Shown here: positions 48,844 through 58,369 of the stretch, piece after piece | Layout of the letters: each line of letters starts with the position of its first letter | Position numbering within the stretch: position 1 is the first letter of the stretch | Notes under the pieces: generated by a model | What the model was told of the DNA's origin: nothing | Seen by the model: only the letters and a program-made list of their open reading frames with translations | The model's database searches: none | Virus record (IMG/VR): IMGVR_UViG_3300036770_001413 | Coordinates: 43,546 to 107,545 of that record | Reading direction: 5' to 3' (one strand) | Source of the DNA: a virus | DNA: 64,000 nucleotides | Made by a program: the position numbers and the translations under genes

Positions 48844-48990
48844 ATGGCAACAAAGCGTGAATATCTAGTATCAAAGGGAATTACTGTTGGCCGCCGTGGC
48901 CGATTCTCTGCAGCTGCTAAGCAGGCTTTGTCTGAGGCGGAAAAGAATGGAATTAAGTTCACCGCTGAAGTCAAACAAGCAAAGAACTAA
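48844..48990 (+). CDS. Lsr2 DNA-binding-domain-like peptide (48 aa, not in ORF track)
   Basis: MATKREYLVSKGITVGRRGRFSAAAKQALSEAEKNG...; TTTACA-N17-TAAAAT promoter, GAAAGGA RBS, downstream hairpin. Confidence 0.65.
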   Translation: MATKREYLVSKGITVGRRGRFSAAAKQALSEAEKNGIKFTAEVKQAKN

Positions 48991-49064
48991 ATAGATCAGA
49001 TCCAAAGGGGCTGGCGCAAGTCAGCCCCTTATGATATAATCGAGGGTTCAAAGAGAGGCGGAAC

Positions 49065-49373
49065 ATGAGAAGAAGAACCAAAGTAGATAAAGTAATAGAT
49101 AGTTTAGAAGAAATCCTAAACGACCATCATTTTCACCCAGCGTTATTTGCTAATATCATTATCACAAGTTATCCACCATATACCCAAAGTAAATTATTAG
49201 AACTAATTAAGTATATTGAGGAATATCATTACCAAGAACTGGCTCTCGATGAGAAAACAAAAACGGGGGCTTACCGAAATAATAACCCAGTACAAATTAA
49301 ATCAGATAACAGTTGGGTACATGAAGAATTCCATGGACAACCTGCTCGTATCAATACACAAGCAGTAATATAA
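49065..49373 (+). CDS. hypothetical protein
   Basis: TGA-TATAAT upstream, GAGG RBS. Confidence 0.55.
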   Translation: MRRRTKVDKVIDSLEEILNDHHFHPALFANIIITSYPPYTQSKLLELIKYIEEYHYQELALDEKTKTGAYRNNNPVQIKSDNSWVHEEFHGQPARINTQAVI

Positions 49374-50146
49374 ACTAATCTAATATAATACACCTAGGGG
49401 TGAATTGGACATATATGTCCGATTTGCCCCTTTTGTGTTAACTATTAGCGGGCAAAAATTCCCCTTTACGAGAGCATATAAAAAATCCCAGAAAATTTGA
49501 TCATTATCTAAAAGAATATAACAAAATGTTATAATAATATAACTAAATAGATATAATATTGATCAGAATCTGGGTAAATTCTGGAGCATATTTCTGGCTA
49601 AATATAGCCATATTTATGGCTACGAGCCAAAATTCTCCTTTACGAGGCATTGACAAAAATCCTGGAAAATGCTGCATATGGATCCTATTGACATTACGAC
49701 ATGAATATAGTAGTGCTCAATTACACATATATCTATTTAATTATTATACAATAACATTTCGTTATGAATCTATAACCATTTTACTCCACAATGCTCCACA
49801 ATACTCCACTTTAAAGGCCTTAGAAAGGCCATAGAGAGGAGATAAATTGGAGGGGGGTAGGAGAAGATAGGAATCTATCTGATCAAATTTCTACAGGAAT
49901 TGTAGCTACTCTTTATAGATCTTTATAGTATTCCAGATTATATATAGGGTTATAGCTGAGAATGTTATACCCATACCATAGAACCATATCCATACTATTC
50001 TGGCAAAGAGGTCTATTTTGATTCCCCCGCCCCTTTATGCCAGTCACCTATATTTGGATCCATCATATTTGGATTAACTGGTAGTCCAGATGGATATATT
50101 ATATGTATAACTCCTGGTTGACTAAGATCAATTATCCTATCTTCTG

Positions 50147-50536
50147 TCATTTCTTAATTACCCTAAATGCATCCCCTGTCCATGGGTCTACATATTTCCA
50201 AGGCTGGGGGGAATCAGGATCTATCGTTCCTGTCTTCTCCCAATATGGAACTCCATCTTCATCATAATCTTCCCAAGCTTGCCCATCCATAGGCCAATCT
50301 ATTTTATAGAATGTTCCATACTTGCGATACATAGGCCATAGTAGTCTATAAATAGCAGAGTTAATTGTTTGTCTAATTCCTCTATCTATTCCATCTTCAT
50401 CTAGCCATGCCGCTCTCATTACTGCCGAAGATGCTCTTGATCCCGCCCAATTTGCAATCCATCGTAAGGGTGGCCTAGAGTTATGCTCTACAATTGAATC
50501 ATCTAAAAAGTTTCTCATTAGTATCCGCCTCCACAT
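50147..50536 (-). CDS. hypothetical protein (likely start 50518)
   Basis: ORF with GGAGG RBS. Confidence 0.5.
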   Translation of the reverse strand: MWRRILMRNFLDDSIVEHNSRPPLRWIANWAGSRASSAVMRAAWLDEDGIDRGIRQTINSAIYRLLWPMYRKYGTFYKIDWPMDGQAWEDYDEDGVPYWEKTGTIDPDSPQPWKYVDPWTGDAFRVIKK

Positions 50537-50659
50537 TCATTTCTCGTATGATATAACCGATTGGTTATATATTCTGATCTTGTGGGCGCAAATAGCTCTT
50601 TACGACAGGATGCACAAAATCCCTGCCACTCTCGCCCAAAAAAGTCATACCACATAAAT

Positions 50660-50947
50660 CTAGACATTGTTGCCTCGTGCTATCTCTGCTGCATAATGAA
50701 ATGGACAATCACATTGAATTAATACTGGACATTGAGACTCGATATCTCTGGCAATAATTTCTCTCAAGTTGTATTCAAGAGAAAAAGCTTTAGCCTTCCT
50801 TTTGGTTTTATTTACCATTTCACCATTTGGATCATGCACATGGCACCAACCATTACGCCATTCTTCTCCACCTATGGGGCATTCTTTGCCCTTTCTGGTG
50901 ATAGCAGGGCATTTGATGCCCGTTTGAGGCATATACTTATATTTCAT
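50660..50947 (-). CDS. C3H zinc-finger-like protein
   Basis: CPAITRKGKEC...WCHVH. Confidence 0.5.
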   Translation of the reverse strand: MKYKYMPQTGIKCPAITRKGKECPIGGEEWRNGWCHVHDPNGEMVNKTKRKAKAFSLEYNLREIIARDIESQCPVLIQCDCPFHYAAEIARGNNV

Positions 50948-51035
50948 ATCCGCCTTCTATCTCTCGCCGCACTTTTGCGTTTCACTTTTGGTCACAATGA
51001 GTATTATATAATATATATAGAAGATTAGTCAATAG

Positions 51036-51236
51036 CTAGATTGACCACCAGCCCCTTATAGTTCCGCCGTCTACAGGGCATATATAGGCCTTTGGAGCCT
51101 CTGATTTATAGTATTCTACAAATAACTTGTGTTGCTTTTCATGATCAGGCTCATGAGTATCTGAGCCACAATATGGGCATATCTTGGAATAAACATACTC
51201 ATAAACATGCTTGCACTGCACGAACAGCCGCCTCAA
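51036..51236 (-). CDS. small Cys/His protein
   Basis: CKH...CPYCG..TH. Confidence 0.45.
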   Translation of the reverse strand: MRRLFVQCKHVYEYVYSKICPYCGSDTHEPDHEKQHKLFVEYYKSEAPKAYICPVDGGTIRGWWSI

Positions 51237-51376
51237 TCTGCATGTAAAAATCCTAACTCTTCTAATTCATCGATAGACGTATCGATAGTTCTTGTGCACT
51301 CTTTCGTGCAATCTCCACACTCTTTACACATAATAAGTTCCCCGCCAAGTCCTATTGGGGACTAGCGGGGAATTCT

Positions 51377-51586
51377 CTATACCTTCTTTGGCCTCGTCTT
51401 TTTTGGAGCAATTGTAGTTTCTCTACGAATACCATGACGATTACGATCTATTTTAATAGGTCTCTTCTCTTGTATTCCAGATTTAAATTTGCCCTGACTT
51501 GGTTTCTTTCGCCCAACTTCTGCAGCAGTGACTGCTCCTGATGGCTGGTCCGTTGGAGGACTATCCATTCCCGTTCCATTATTCAT
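51377..51586 (-). CDS. small basic protein
   Basis: 69 aa, Lys/Arg rich. Confidence 0.45.
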   Translation of the reverse strand: MNNGTGMDSPPTDQPSGAVTAAEVGRKKPSQGKFKSGIQEKRPIKIDRNRHGIRRETTIAPKKTRPKKV

Positions 51587-52309
51587 TAATGAATCGCAAT
51601 CTCTCCTGTTGACTTGCTGTCATATTAAGCGTAAGCCCTGACTCGCCATCTCTTGAAACATTAAGCACTCCTCCTGGAATGCTTACTTCGCCAGTTTGGC
51701 TGCCAAAAGTATCGGCAGTAGGCTTCTTTTCCATCTTACTTGCCTCCGTTGCCTAGACCTGCGCCATCTTGTGATGACACGTCTTTTGCAGGGAATGCTG
51801 GTTTTGGCTCTTGGCCAGTTGGATTTAAGTCAAGGTTGTTTGTTGCTCCAGCCTTGGTATCGTTAAATCCTGTTAAGTTTAATCCGTCTGACATTTTATT
51901 CTCCTATAGGTTTGTATTTAAGCGGTTCTAGAAAGCCGCTCATTCCTCTATTATAGCATTTTCGTCATCTTCTATGTCAAAGATGTCGTCTGGGAGGGCA
52001 GCGATTTTCTCTACCGCCCTCCAGATGATATTAGCTATTTTTTCGATCATATTTTATACTTTTCGTGCCAACAATCATCGCAAATGAAAATAAATTTGCT
52101 TTCTGTGCTGGTGAATCTGGTTGAATCGTTCTCGCAACCCTTCATTTCGCACCTTTCTTTATATTCCATTTTTATGATTTTCTAGCCTTCACACGGTTAT
52201 ATCCAGTTTTCTTCTTATTCATAGATCCTGGGACCTTACCGCCTGGACCCTTATGGTTTCTCCTTCGGATTTCCAGGGATGCAGCTATTTTTTCGTGGTG
52301 TTTTCCCAT

Positions 52310-52537
52310 TTACTTCTTCTTTGGGGTTGATTTCTTTACGGTCTTCTTAGCTGGAGACTTCTTTGCAGGAGCCTTCTTTTTTGCTGGAGACTTCTTTGCT
52401 GCTTTCTTCACAACAGTCACCTTTCTTTCAAAAGGGGTTCCCTCTTGAACTAGTCCATCGTTATCACGATCAACGGCATCGAATTTAAAGCCTTCCACCT
52501 CAGTAGGGAAAAGCCATAGCTTTAATTTTTTCCACAT
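52310..52537 (-). CDS. small protein with histone-like (PAKK)n tail
   Basis: DRDNDGLVQEGTPFER followed by KKAAKKSPAKKKAPAKK. Confidence 0.55.
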   Translation of the reverse strand: MWKKLKLWLFPTEVEGFKFDAVDRDNDGLVQEGTPFERKVTVVKKAAKKSPAKKKAPAKKSPAKKTVKKSTPKKK

Positions 52538-52755
52538 TATATTTTTTTACCTTTATCTTCTATTTTTCTAATAACAAAACCTAGAACATCTCTTGGACTC
52601 CACTCTGGAGGCAGTTCTAAATCTCTCAATTCATTCGTCAGGTCATGAATAAATTGCTTTTTGATACTTGCAAAATTATCCCATTCCATAGTTATATTCT
52701 ATCATTTATAAAATAAAGGGGCAAGACACTTGGCCCTGCCCCCTATTTCATTAGA

Positions 52756-53916
52756 TTACTTGATTAAAGCAACCTTTGCGGAAGGGTTTTTCTTATTCCA
52801 CTTCTTTGCTAATTTGTTAAACGCCTTCTTTAGATCTGCAATTGCAGAATCATTATCAGCCTTAACTTTAGCCAATTCTGCAGCGTGTGCAGCAGTAGCA
52901 TCTGCTAGAGCCTTATCTGCAGCAGCCTTTGCAGTTACTGCTTCAGCCTTTAGTTTTGCAACTTCAGCATTTGCAGTTACAAGTTCTGCAGCAGCCTTAA
53001 TCGCAGCAGTGTCAGCCTCAGCCTTTGCATCTGCTAGAGCCTTGTCAGCAGCAGCCTTATCGGCAGCACGTGCAGTCTTCTCTGCAGCAAGATCTGCTTC
53101 TTTAGCGGCTAGTTCTGCAGCAAGATCACGGACTCCAATTTCTGCATATGGAGCGAGTGTGCGAGCAGTTAGCCCTGCCACGTCAGCAGACTCTCCATCG
53201 CTAGCAGTTGTCAACGAGAACTCTACGAGAGAGCGTGTTGAAGTTGTTGGAAGTGTTAGCTTAAATTCTGCCACTCCAAAGGTTGCAAGGGTTGCACCAG
53301 TTGTAGCGGTTGTTGTTTCAAGCGTTCCACCTGATCCGAATACACGGCCAGTAATTGACTTTCCAGAAACTTTGTTTCCGAATACGTCGGTTGCCGATAT
53401 AGTGATGGTCTGCTTTGTTCCAGCAGCACCATTTGCAGGAGCTGATACAGCAAGAGTATTAATCTTGCCAGCAGTTCCTTGTACATAATATGTTAGGGTT
53501 GTTCCCTGATTTGTTACAACAACAGTACCAATAGCTGTCGTTTTAGTATATACGTAAAACGTTGCAGTTGTTCCTGTACCAGTTGCAATTGTAAGGCTTG
53601 ATGAGCCTGAGCTTGCAGTTACTGGTGCAGCAGAAGTATGCAATGCTGATACGATAGTTGCATTTGTAGCAGTTACAGTAACGGCTGTTCCTGTATCTAC
53701 AGTTGCAACAAACTTCAAAGCATCTGCAGCATCTACTGTGTTATCAGAAGGTACTGGTAATTGTGCTGGCGTAGCGAGAGCGGAAGCAGTTGTATTTGCA
53801 GTTCCGTTAACATCTAGCGCAACAGTCATTACAGCAGCACTTGCAGGTGTTGCAATAAGAGTACCCATAGTCATGGCTGCAACCACGGCTAGAGCGATTT
53901 TCTTGAATGACTTCAT
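52756..53916 (-). CDS. secreted Ala/Thr-rich surface (S-layer-like) protein
   Basis: start 53916 after AAAGGAGA; signal peptide MKSFKKIALAVVAAM...PASA; beta-rich body, Ala-rich coiled coil, basic C-terminus. Confidence 0.7.
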   Translation of the reverse strand: MKSFKKIALAVVAAMTMGTLIATPASAAVMTVALDVNGTANTTASALATPAQLPVPSDNTVDAADALKFVATVDTGTAVTVTATNATIVSALHTSAAPVTASSGSSSLTIATGTGTTATFYVYTKTTAIGTVVVTNQGTTLTYYVQGTAGKINTLAVSAPANGAAGTKQTITISATDVFGNKVSGKSITGRVFGSGGTLETTTATTGATLATFGVAEFKLTLPTTSTRSLVEFSLTTASDGESADVAGLTARTLAPYAEIGVRDLAAELAAKEADLAAEKTARAADKAAADKALADAKAEADTAAIKAAAELVTANAEVAKLKAEAVTAKAAADKALADATAAHAAELAKVKADNDSAIADLKKAFNKLAKKWNKKNPSAKVALIK

Positions 53917-53963
53917 TCTTTTTGTTTCTCCTTTATTATTCTGTCTCTTTCTGAGGCAGAAAC

Positions 53964-54197
53964 TTAGTTTGTGTACGAATTCCGCCAAATTGATGGGGAA
54001 TGATTATCTTCTATTCTTTTTTTCATTTCAATATCCTCGTACATACGAACAATATGCATACATGGATCTTGCCCTTCAGCAAATTCCGCATCTTCTTCGT
54101 TGGACATTGGTAGTCCGTCATGGGTGTAACATACTGGAGCTCCGCACCAACCTTTTGCTACTCCGTAAGACATCCATTCATCATATGTTAAATCCAT
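53964..54197 (-). CDS. hypothetical protein
   Basis: GWCGAPVCYTHDGLP...DPCMHIVR. Confidence 0.55.
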   Translation of the reverse strand: MDLTYDEWMSYGVAKGWCGAPVCYTHDGLPMSNEEDAEFAEGQDPCMHIVRMYEDIEMKKRIEDNHSPSIWRNSYTN

Positions 54198-54493
54198 CCT
54201 TCAAGCTCCTTTACGAGCTTGTGCTTCGGGTATGCTCCAACAAGTTTCTTTACTGGTATTCCTTTTTCAAATACTAGCAAGGTGGGAATACTTGTTATCT
54301 CATACTTTTGTGCCAACTCTGTTTGTTCATCTACATGAACTTTATAAACTTGTACTTTGTACTCGTCTTCTAACTCTTCTAATATTGGAGCAACCTTTAA
54401 ACAAGGTCCACACCAGTCCGCCCAGAAGTCTACTATAATTATATCATTTTCATCTAAAGACTTGCTGAAAGTTTCTTTTGTTAAATTAATCAT
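54188..54493 (-). CDS. trxA: thioredoxin
   Basis: VDFWADWCGPC...SIPTL; start 54493 after GGAGG. Confidence 0.9.
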   Translation of the reverse strand: MINLTKETFSKSLDENDIIIVDFWADWCGPCLKVAPILEELEDEYKVQVYKVHVDEQTELAQKYEITSIPTLLVFEKGIPVKKLVGAYPKHKLVKELEGWI

Positions 54494-54959
54494 TATCCTC
54501 CACATGAGTAGGCCAGTAGTAACTGCAAGATTCACAGCAAGTATATCCTAGTCGCCTATAGTCCGCAAATTCATGATAGAAATAATACTTGTCTGGGTCC
54601 TTCTCGTAGAGCCTGCCCTTATGAGAGTAATGCAAAGGCTCTTCTCCTAACCACCAAGGCTCCTGAGACTCGAGAAACATGAAGTTCTCTTGATATATCT
54701 CATCAAACTTCTTTCTTGTGCTATTTTTATAGCCACGCATGATGATCTCTTTGACTATGGCCTCATTGTATAAGAAGAGCCAGTCTTCATGACCCTCCCA
54801 CATTTTGACTGCTGGGTGATTCTTCCAAGCACCTGAACTGTAAAGTCCAGCTAAAGACTTTAATACTTGCAGATTTTCTACACTCTGCTTGATAAGTCTT
54901 TTGCGATCTAAATGCTTTGCAGTATTTGCAAAGTCCGCCTCTGGTAAAAATGTTTGCAT
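54486..54959 (-). CDS. pyrimidine-dimer DNA glycosylase/endonuclease V-like (MSMEG_6728 family)
   Basis: MQTFLP.ADF...A..LD.KRL.KQ.VE..Q...HPAVKMW.G...PWWLG...H.SH...L..KDP..Y. Confidence 0.8.
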   Translation of the reverse strand: MQTFLPEADFANTAKHLDRKRLIKQSVENLQVLKSLAGLYSSGAWKNHPAVKMWEGHEDWLFLYNEAIVKEIIMRGYKNSTRKKFDEIYQENFMFLESQEPWWLGEEPLHYSHKGRLYEKDPDKYYFYHEFADYRRLGYTCCESCSYYWPTHVEDND

Positions 54960-54996
54960 GTGCCTATCCTACTAAATAATGAAAGACTAGTCAATA

Positions 54997-55215
54997 CTAG
55001 TCCTCGTTTTTTAATCTTTCCGCCTCTTCGTTAAATTTATCCATAAACATTTGTATTACAAATAATGTAATTTCTTGTGCATTTTTCTTTAATACTAATG
55101 CTTCTTCTGAATCTTCTTTTACTCTTCCTGAAGGTATTGCGTTATACCATTTCTGATATAACGCAACAGCAACATCTTCAATAATGCCCTCAAGAACGGT
55201 GACATTATTAGCCAT
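54997..55215 (-). CDS. hypothetical protein
   Basis: 72 aa ORF overlapping the upstream gene. Confidence 0.5.
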   Translation of the reverse strand: MANNVTVLEGIIEDVAVALYQKWYNAIPSGRVKEDSEEALVLKKNAQEITLFVIQMFMDKFNEEAERLKNED

Positions 55216-56122
55216 TTAGCATATCCTTACCTACAACTGATGCAGATATGGTTTTGCTTCTTAGCCTTTTGCCTTTTGACTTCATCAAATCAATGATTTG
55301 TCCACTTGTGTAAGTAGGATTTATCTGTTTTAAGCCATAATATACGGCTGCTGCAACTTGAACGGATATAGAAGTTCCATCTTCATTAAACAGCATTCCA
55401 TTAGCATCAGATACTCTTAGCCGTCCTAGGGCAAACATATCTGTAATATTCTTATCATAGTTTGTATATACTGCAGGACCGCCTGTTACAGAACTTGCGC
55501 TAACTGTTACTGCATCTGTAAAGCATGATGGCCAAAATACTCTAGTTAAATCTCTTGCATTACCTGCTGGTAGAAATACTGGGACGCCTACCTGATTTAA
55601 TGATGAGATCAATCCTCTTGTTTGAGGTGTGTCTGGACAATAATCTGCTACACGTAAATAATTTCCATGTCCTTGCGACATTGCTACGGCAGTGATGTTG
55701 TATTTATCTTTGTTATTTAATACCCATGTTAGAGCATTAACAAATGTTGACTCATTGGTAGTTTGCCTATCGCCATTTACCGTTGCTCCGACAATTCTAA
55801 CAAATACAATCTTTACATTTGGATTTGTTAAGATGGATGCATGTGCCATTTTAGTTCCGTGATTGAAGCCATTTCTAAGCATCTGTGAAATAGGCATAGA
55901 GGCCGCTCCTGGGCCCTCCATAAAGTTTTTACCATTTGCACAAGAAGACCAGTCTAGTATACATACTTCATGAACTACTTTGTCTTTAAAAACTGGCAAA
56001 CTAGAATTTAAGGCTGTATCTAAAATTGCCACTGTTGCGGGTTGTGTGTTTGCTACAACCGTATGTGTTGTTGTGATGGTGAGTACTGCTGCCAATACGG
56101 CAGTTATTAGTTTTTTATTCAT
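55208..56122 (-). CDS. secreted subtilisin-like (S8) serine protease
   Basis: signal peptide; VAILDT, HGTKMA, AGN, GTS catalytic motifs; leaderless start 56122. Confidence 0.8.
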   Translation of the reverse strand: MNKKLITAVLAAVLTITTTHTVVANTQPATVAILDTALNSSLPVFKDKVVHEVCILDWSSCANGKNFMEGPGAASMPISQMLRNGFNHGTKMAHASILTNPNVKIVFVRIVGATVNGDRQTTNESTFVNALTWVLNNKDKYNITAVAMSQGHGNYLRVADYCPDTPQTRGLISSLNQVGVPVFLPAGNARDLTRVFWPSCFTDAVTVSASSVTGGPAVYTNYDKNITDMFALGRLRVSDANGMLFNEDGTSISVQVAAAVYYGLKQINPTYTSGQIIDLMKSKGKRLRSKTISASVVGKDMLNG

Positions 56123-56161
56123 AGGGTCTATTCTACTAAATTCTAGCCAGTAGGTCAATAC

Positions 56162-56344
56162 CTAGTTATTTGGAATATCTGGCCTATTTTGTTTCTTTGA
56201 ATACCATTTTCCAGCGTCTAGATCTGGTGTTTTGCCTCCGCCCATCTCTATAATTACAGAGAGCATGGCTTTTACGTATTCTAATTCATAATTAAGTCTA
56301 ACTATTTCCATCTCAGCCAGCCTTAATCTTTCAGATTTTCTCAA
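56162..56344 (-). CDS. hypothetical protein
   Basis: 60 aa, coupled. Confidence 0.45.
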   Translation of the reverse strand: MRKSERLRLAEMEIVRLNYELEYVKAMLSVIIEMGGGKTPDLDAGKWYSKKQNRPDIPNN

Positions 56345-56688
56345 TTATCTAATCCTTCTCTATCCATAGGAGTCGGCGCAGTTGCCAAACTTCCACAATT
56401 TGCACATTCCATATCCAAAAAGTATGTACCAATTTCATAATCATCAAAAATAACTTTAACATTAAATATATTGCAGCCACAAGCGCATACATGCGTAGGG
56501 GTGCCACGGAGATCCATGGAATTATCATAATTATCTGGTCTAAGATTTGTTATATCTTCCATATCATCTTCCTCTTCTTCAAATTCTTTATCCAGTACGA
56601 TTACTGTATGCTTATCAAAGAAGTCTCTAATTAAACCTACTGATATAAGTCCGAACAGTAGGGCGGCTAATCTATTCAGCCACTTCAT
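56341..56688 (-). CDS. membrane-anchored Zn-ribbon protein
   Basis: N-terminal TM; DLRGTPTHVCACG...MECANCGSLATAPTP. Confidence 0.6.
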   Translation of the reverse strand: MKWLNRLAALLFGLISVGLIRDFFDKHTVIVLDKEFEEEEDDMEDITNLRPDNYDNSMDLRGTPTHVCACGCNIFNVKVIFDDYEIGTYFLDMECANCGSLATAPTPMDREGLDN

Positions 56689-56702
56689 ATCTTCATTATA
56701 CT

Positions 56703-57269
56703 CTAGACTTCAATTATTGTAAAGGGGCCTCTTACGGTCATTATGAACTTAGAAGCCGCCTCTAAGGCTGTTCTTACACGCTTGCGGGGGGTTTTTACGG
56801 CGGCTGTAGAGAACAATGATCCTAATGCCACCTGTTGACCGCTTCCCTCTGCTAAATATTCTACATCCACTTCAGATATATGAAAGTCTACGTCCATAAT
56901 AAAAATTCTACCTGTGTTTTGTACTGCAATAATTATAATTCCACCTTCGTCACCATCTTCTGTGTTTGATCCAAACTTTCCATATCCATGTTCCTGATAG
57001 GCTTCTTTTACGGATTGAACAAATTTTGTTCTCATAAACTTATCTAAGTTTTTAAATCCTGTAGTTGGCTTATAGATAGGCGGTGTCCAGTTGTATTGTA
57101 AGATTTGGCCCATTCTAAAACTATCAACAAAGCCTATGCCGTATTGTCCTATTTTAAAAACCTTAGAGTCTGTTACTTGTAGAATTAGTCCAGACTTTTC
57201 ATCAGATGCGGCGGAGTCTCCTCCAAGATAGACTTTATTTCCAACTGCGAGGGCTACTATACAGGTCAT
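56703..57269 (-). CDS. Ntn-hydrolase, HslV/proteasome-beta-like peptidase
   Basis: N-terminal MTCIV, GGDSA, KVFK, GSG..ALGSL. Confidence 0.75.
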   Translation of the reverse strand: MTCIVALAVGNKVYLGGDSAASDEKSGLILQVTDSKVFKIGQYGIGFVDSFRMGQILQYNWTPPIYKPTTGFKNLDKFMRTKFVQSVKEAYQEHGYGKFGSNTEDGDEGGIIIIAVQNTGRIFIMDVDFHISEVDVEYLAEGSGQQVALGSLFSTAAVKTPRKRVRTALEAASKFIMTVRGPFTIIEV

Positions 57270-57288
57270 ATACCCTATTGTACTATTT

Positions 57289-57597
57289 TTAAATTTCGGA
57301 GTCCAGCTCGTTTAATTCAATTAAATTTAATTGCGTCAAGGCATTTTCAAGCTCTGCCTTTACTACAATTAGGTCCTGAATAGCATTATAATATTTGTCT
57401 TTCCACTCTGTCAGGTCCCTCTCAAGCTTATATAAAGATATTTTAAGATCTTTTATTTCTAATTTAAGGAGGTCTTGAGCTCTCTCCTGCTGGCGTATTT
57501 TTTCTTTTTTAGCATCCTTTACGCCAGCGATAATTGCTGTTCCCATCCCAGAAAGTATAGCGGCAGAAATAGCCAAAACGATTGAGGTATAATCCAT
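57289..57597 (-). CDS. membrane-anchored coiled-coil protein
   Basis: N-terminal TM followed by heptads. Confidence 0.55.
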   Translation of the reverse strand: MDYTSIVLAISAAILSGMGTAIIAGVKDAKKEKIRQQERAQDLLKLEIKDLKISLYKLERDLTEWKDKYYNAIQDLIVVKAELENALTQLNLIELNELDSEI

Positions 57598-57626
57598 AAT
57601 AGATTAATTATACCTTTATTTAGACC

Positions 57627-57863
57627 CTAAACTAATAATTCTGAGGCAGATATTTCATTGCCTAAATAGCGTTTCTTAAGGACAAAGTCTCTTACATGAT
57701 CTGCACCACTTGATCTGCCCGCCAAAATTATAACCCACCTTGGCTCCAATTTTGCATTTATGCAAGTCTCACACATTAGCAAATTAATCGGCAGCAAAGA
57801 GGATTTCTTTGCATTTAATTTATGCTTGTTTTTATTACAACTATAGCATAATATTTTATTCAT
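57627..57863 (-). CDS. small Zn-binding protein
   Basis: CYSC...CETC...EPRW. Confidence 0.55.
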   Translation of the reverse strand: MNKILCYSCNKNKHKLNAKKSSLLPINLLMCETCINAKLEPRWVIILAGRSSGADHVRDFVLKKRYLGNEISASELLV

Positions 57864-58056
57864 TATTTTCCTCTACATGATGAAATACGATTTCGTCAAC
57901 TATTGCGAATTCGTCATTTTCTAAAAGAACTTCGTGATCAGTCCCATCTTTTTGATACTTTACCATCGAAGCAAATGCTCCAAGTTGTTCAACTGTTCCA
58001 TATACTTTTTCTGGGTATACATATACGATATTGATAATCTCATAATACTCTTCCAC
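57856..58056 (-). CDS. hypothetical protein
   Basis: overlapping operon ORF. Confidence 0.5.
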   Translation of the reverse strand: MEEYYEIINIVYVYPEKVYGTVEQLGAFASMVKYQKDGTDHEVLLENDEFAIVDEIVFHHVEENNE

Positions 58057-58369
58057 TAGGTATACCCTCCAGCTCGCATCTTACTCCATAGGATTCTATG
58101 AGTTTTTTAACTTTTGAAACATAATCTATTACTTCTTCTTTTTTAGATCCGTCAAATTGTAAAAAATTGTCTTCATATAATCTTAATGCTAGAAAGTCTG
58201 GATACATTGCTACATCCATCAAAAGAAGCATTGGCTTTTTAATTTCTCTTACCCGCTTCTTCATTTCTTCTGTGTAAAATACTGGCTTATTGGGTTCGCC
58301 CGTCCATTGATTAATTCCATACTTAAAATGATTATTGTCGTAAAAATGCTTACTATCGTTAAGCGACAC
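58040..58369 (-). CDS. hypothetical protein
   Basis: overlapping operon ORF. Confidence 0.55.
   Translation of the reverse strand: MSLNDSKHFYDNNHFKYGINQWTGEPNKPVFYTEEMKKRVREIKKPMLLLMDVAMYPDFLALRLYEDNFLQFDGSKKEEVIDYVSKVKKLIESYGVRCELEGIPSGRVL

Noticed and set aside
37600-49900. LexA SOS boxes (TCGAAC-N4-GTTCGA)
   Set aside because: None noticed by eye in the island; a PWM scan is needed to confirm absence.
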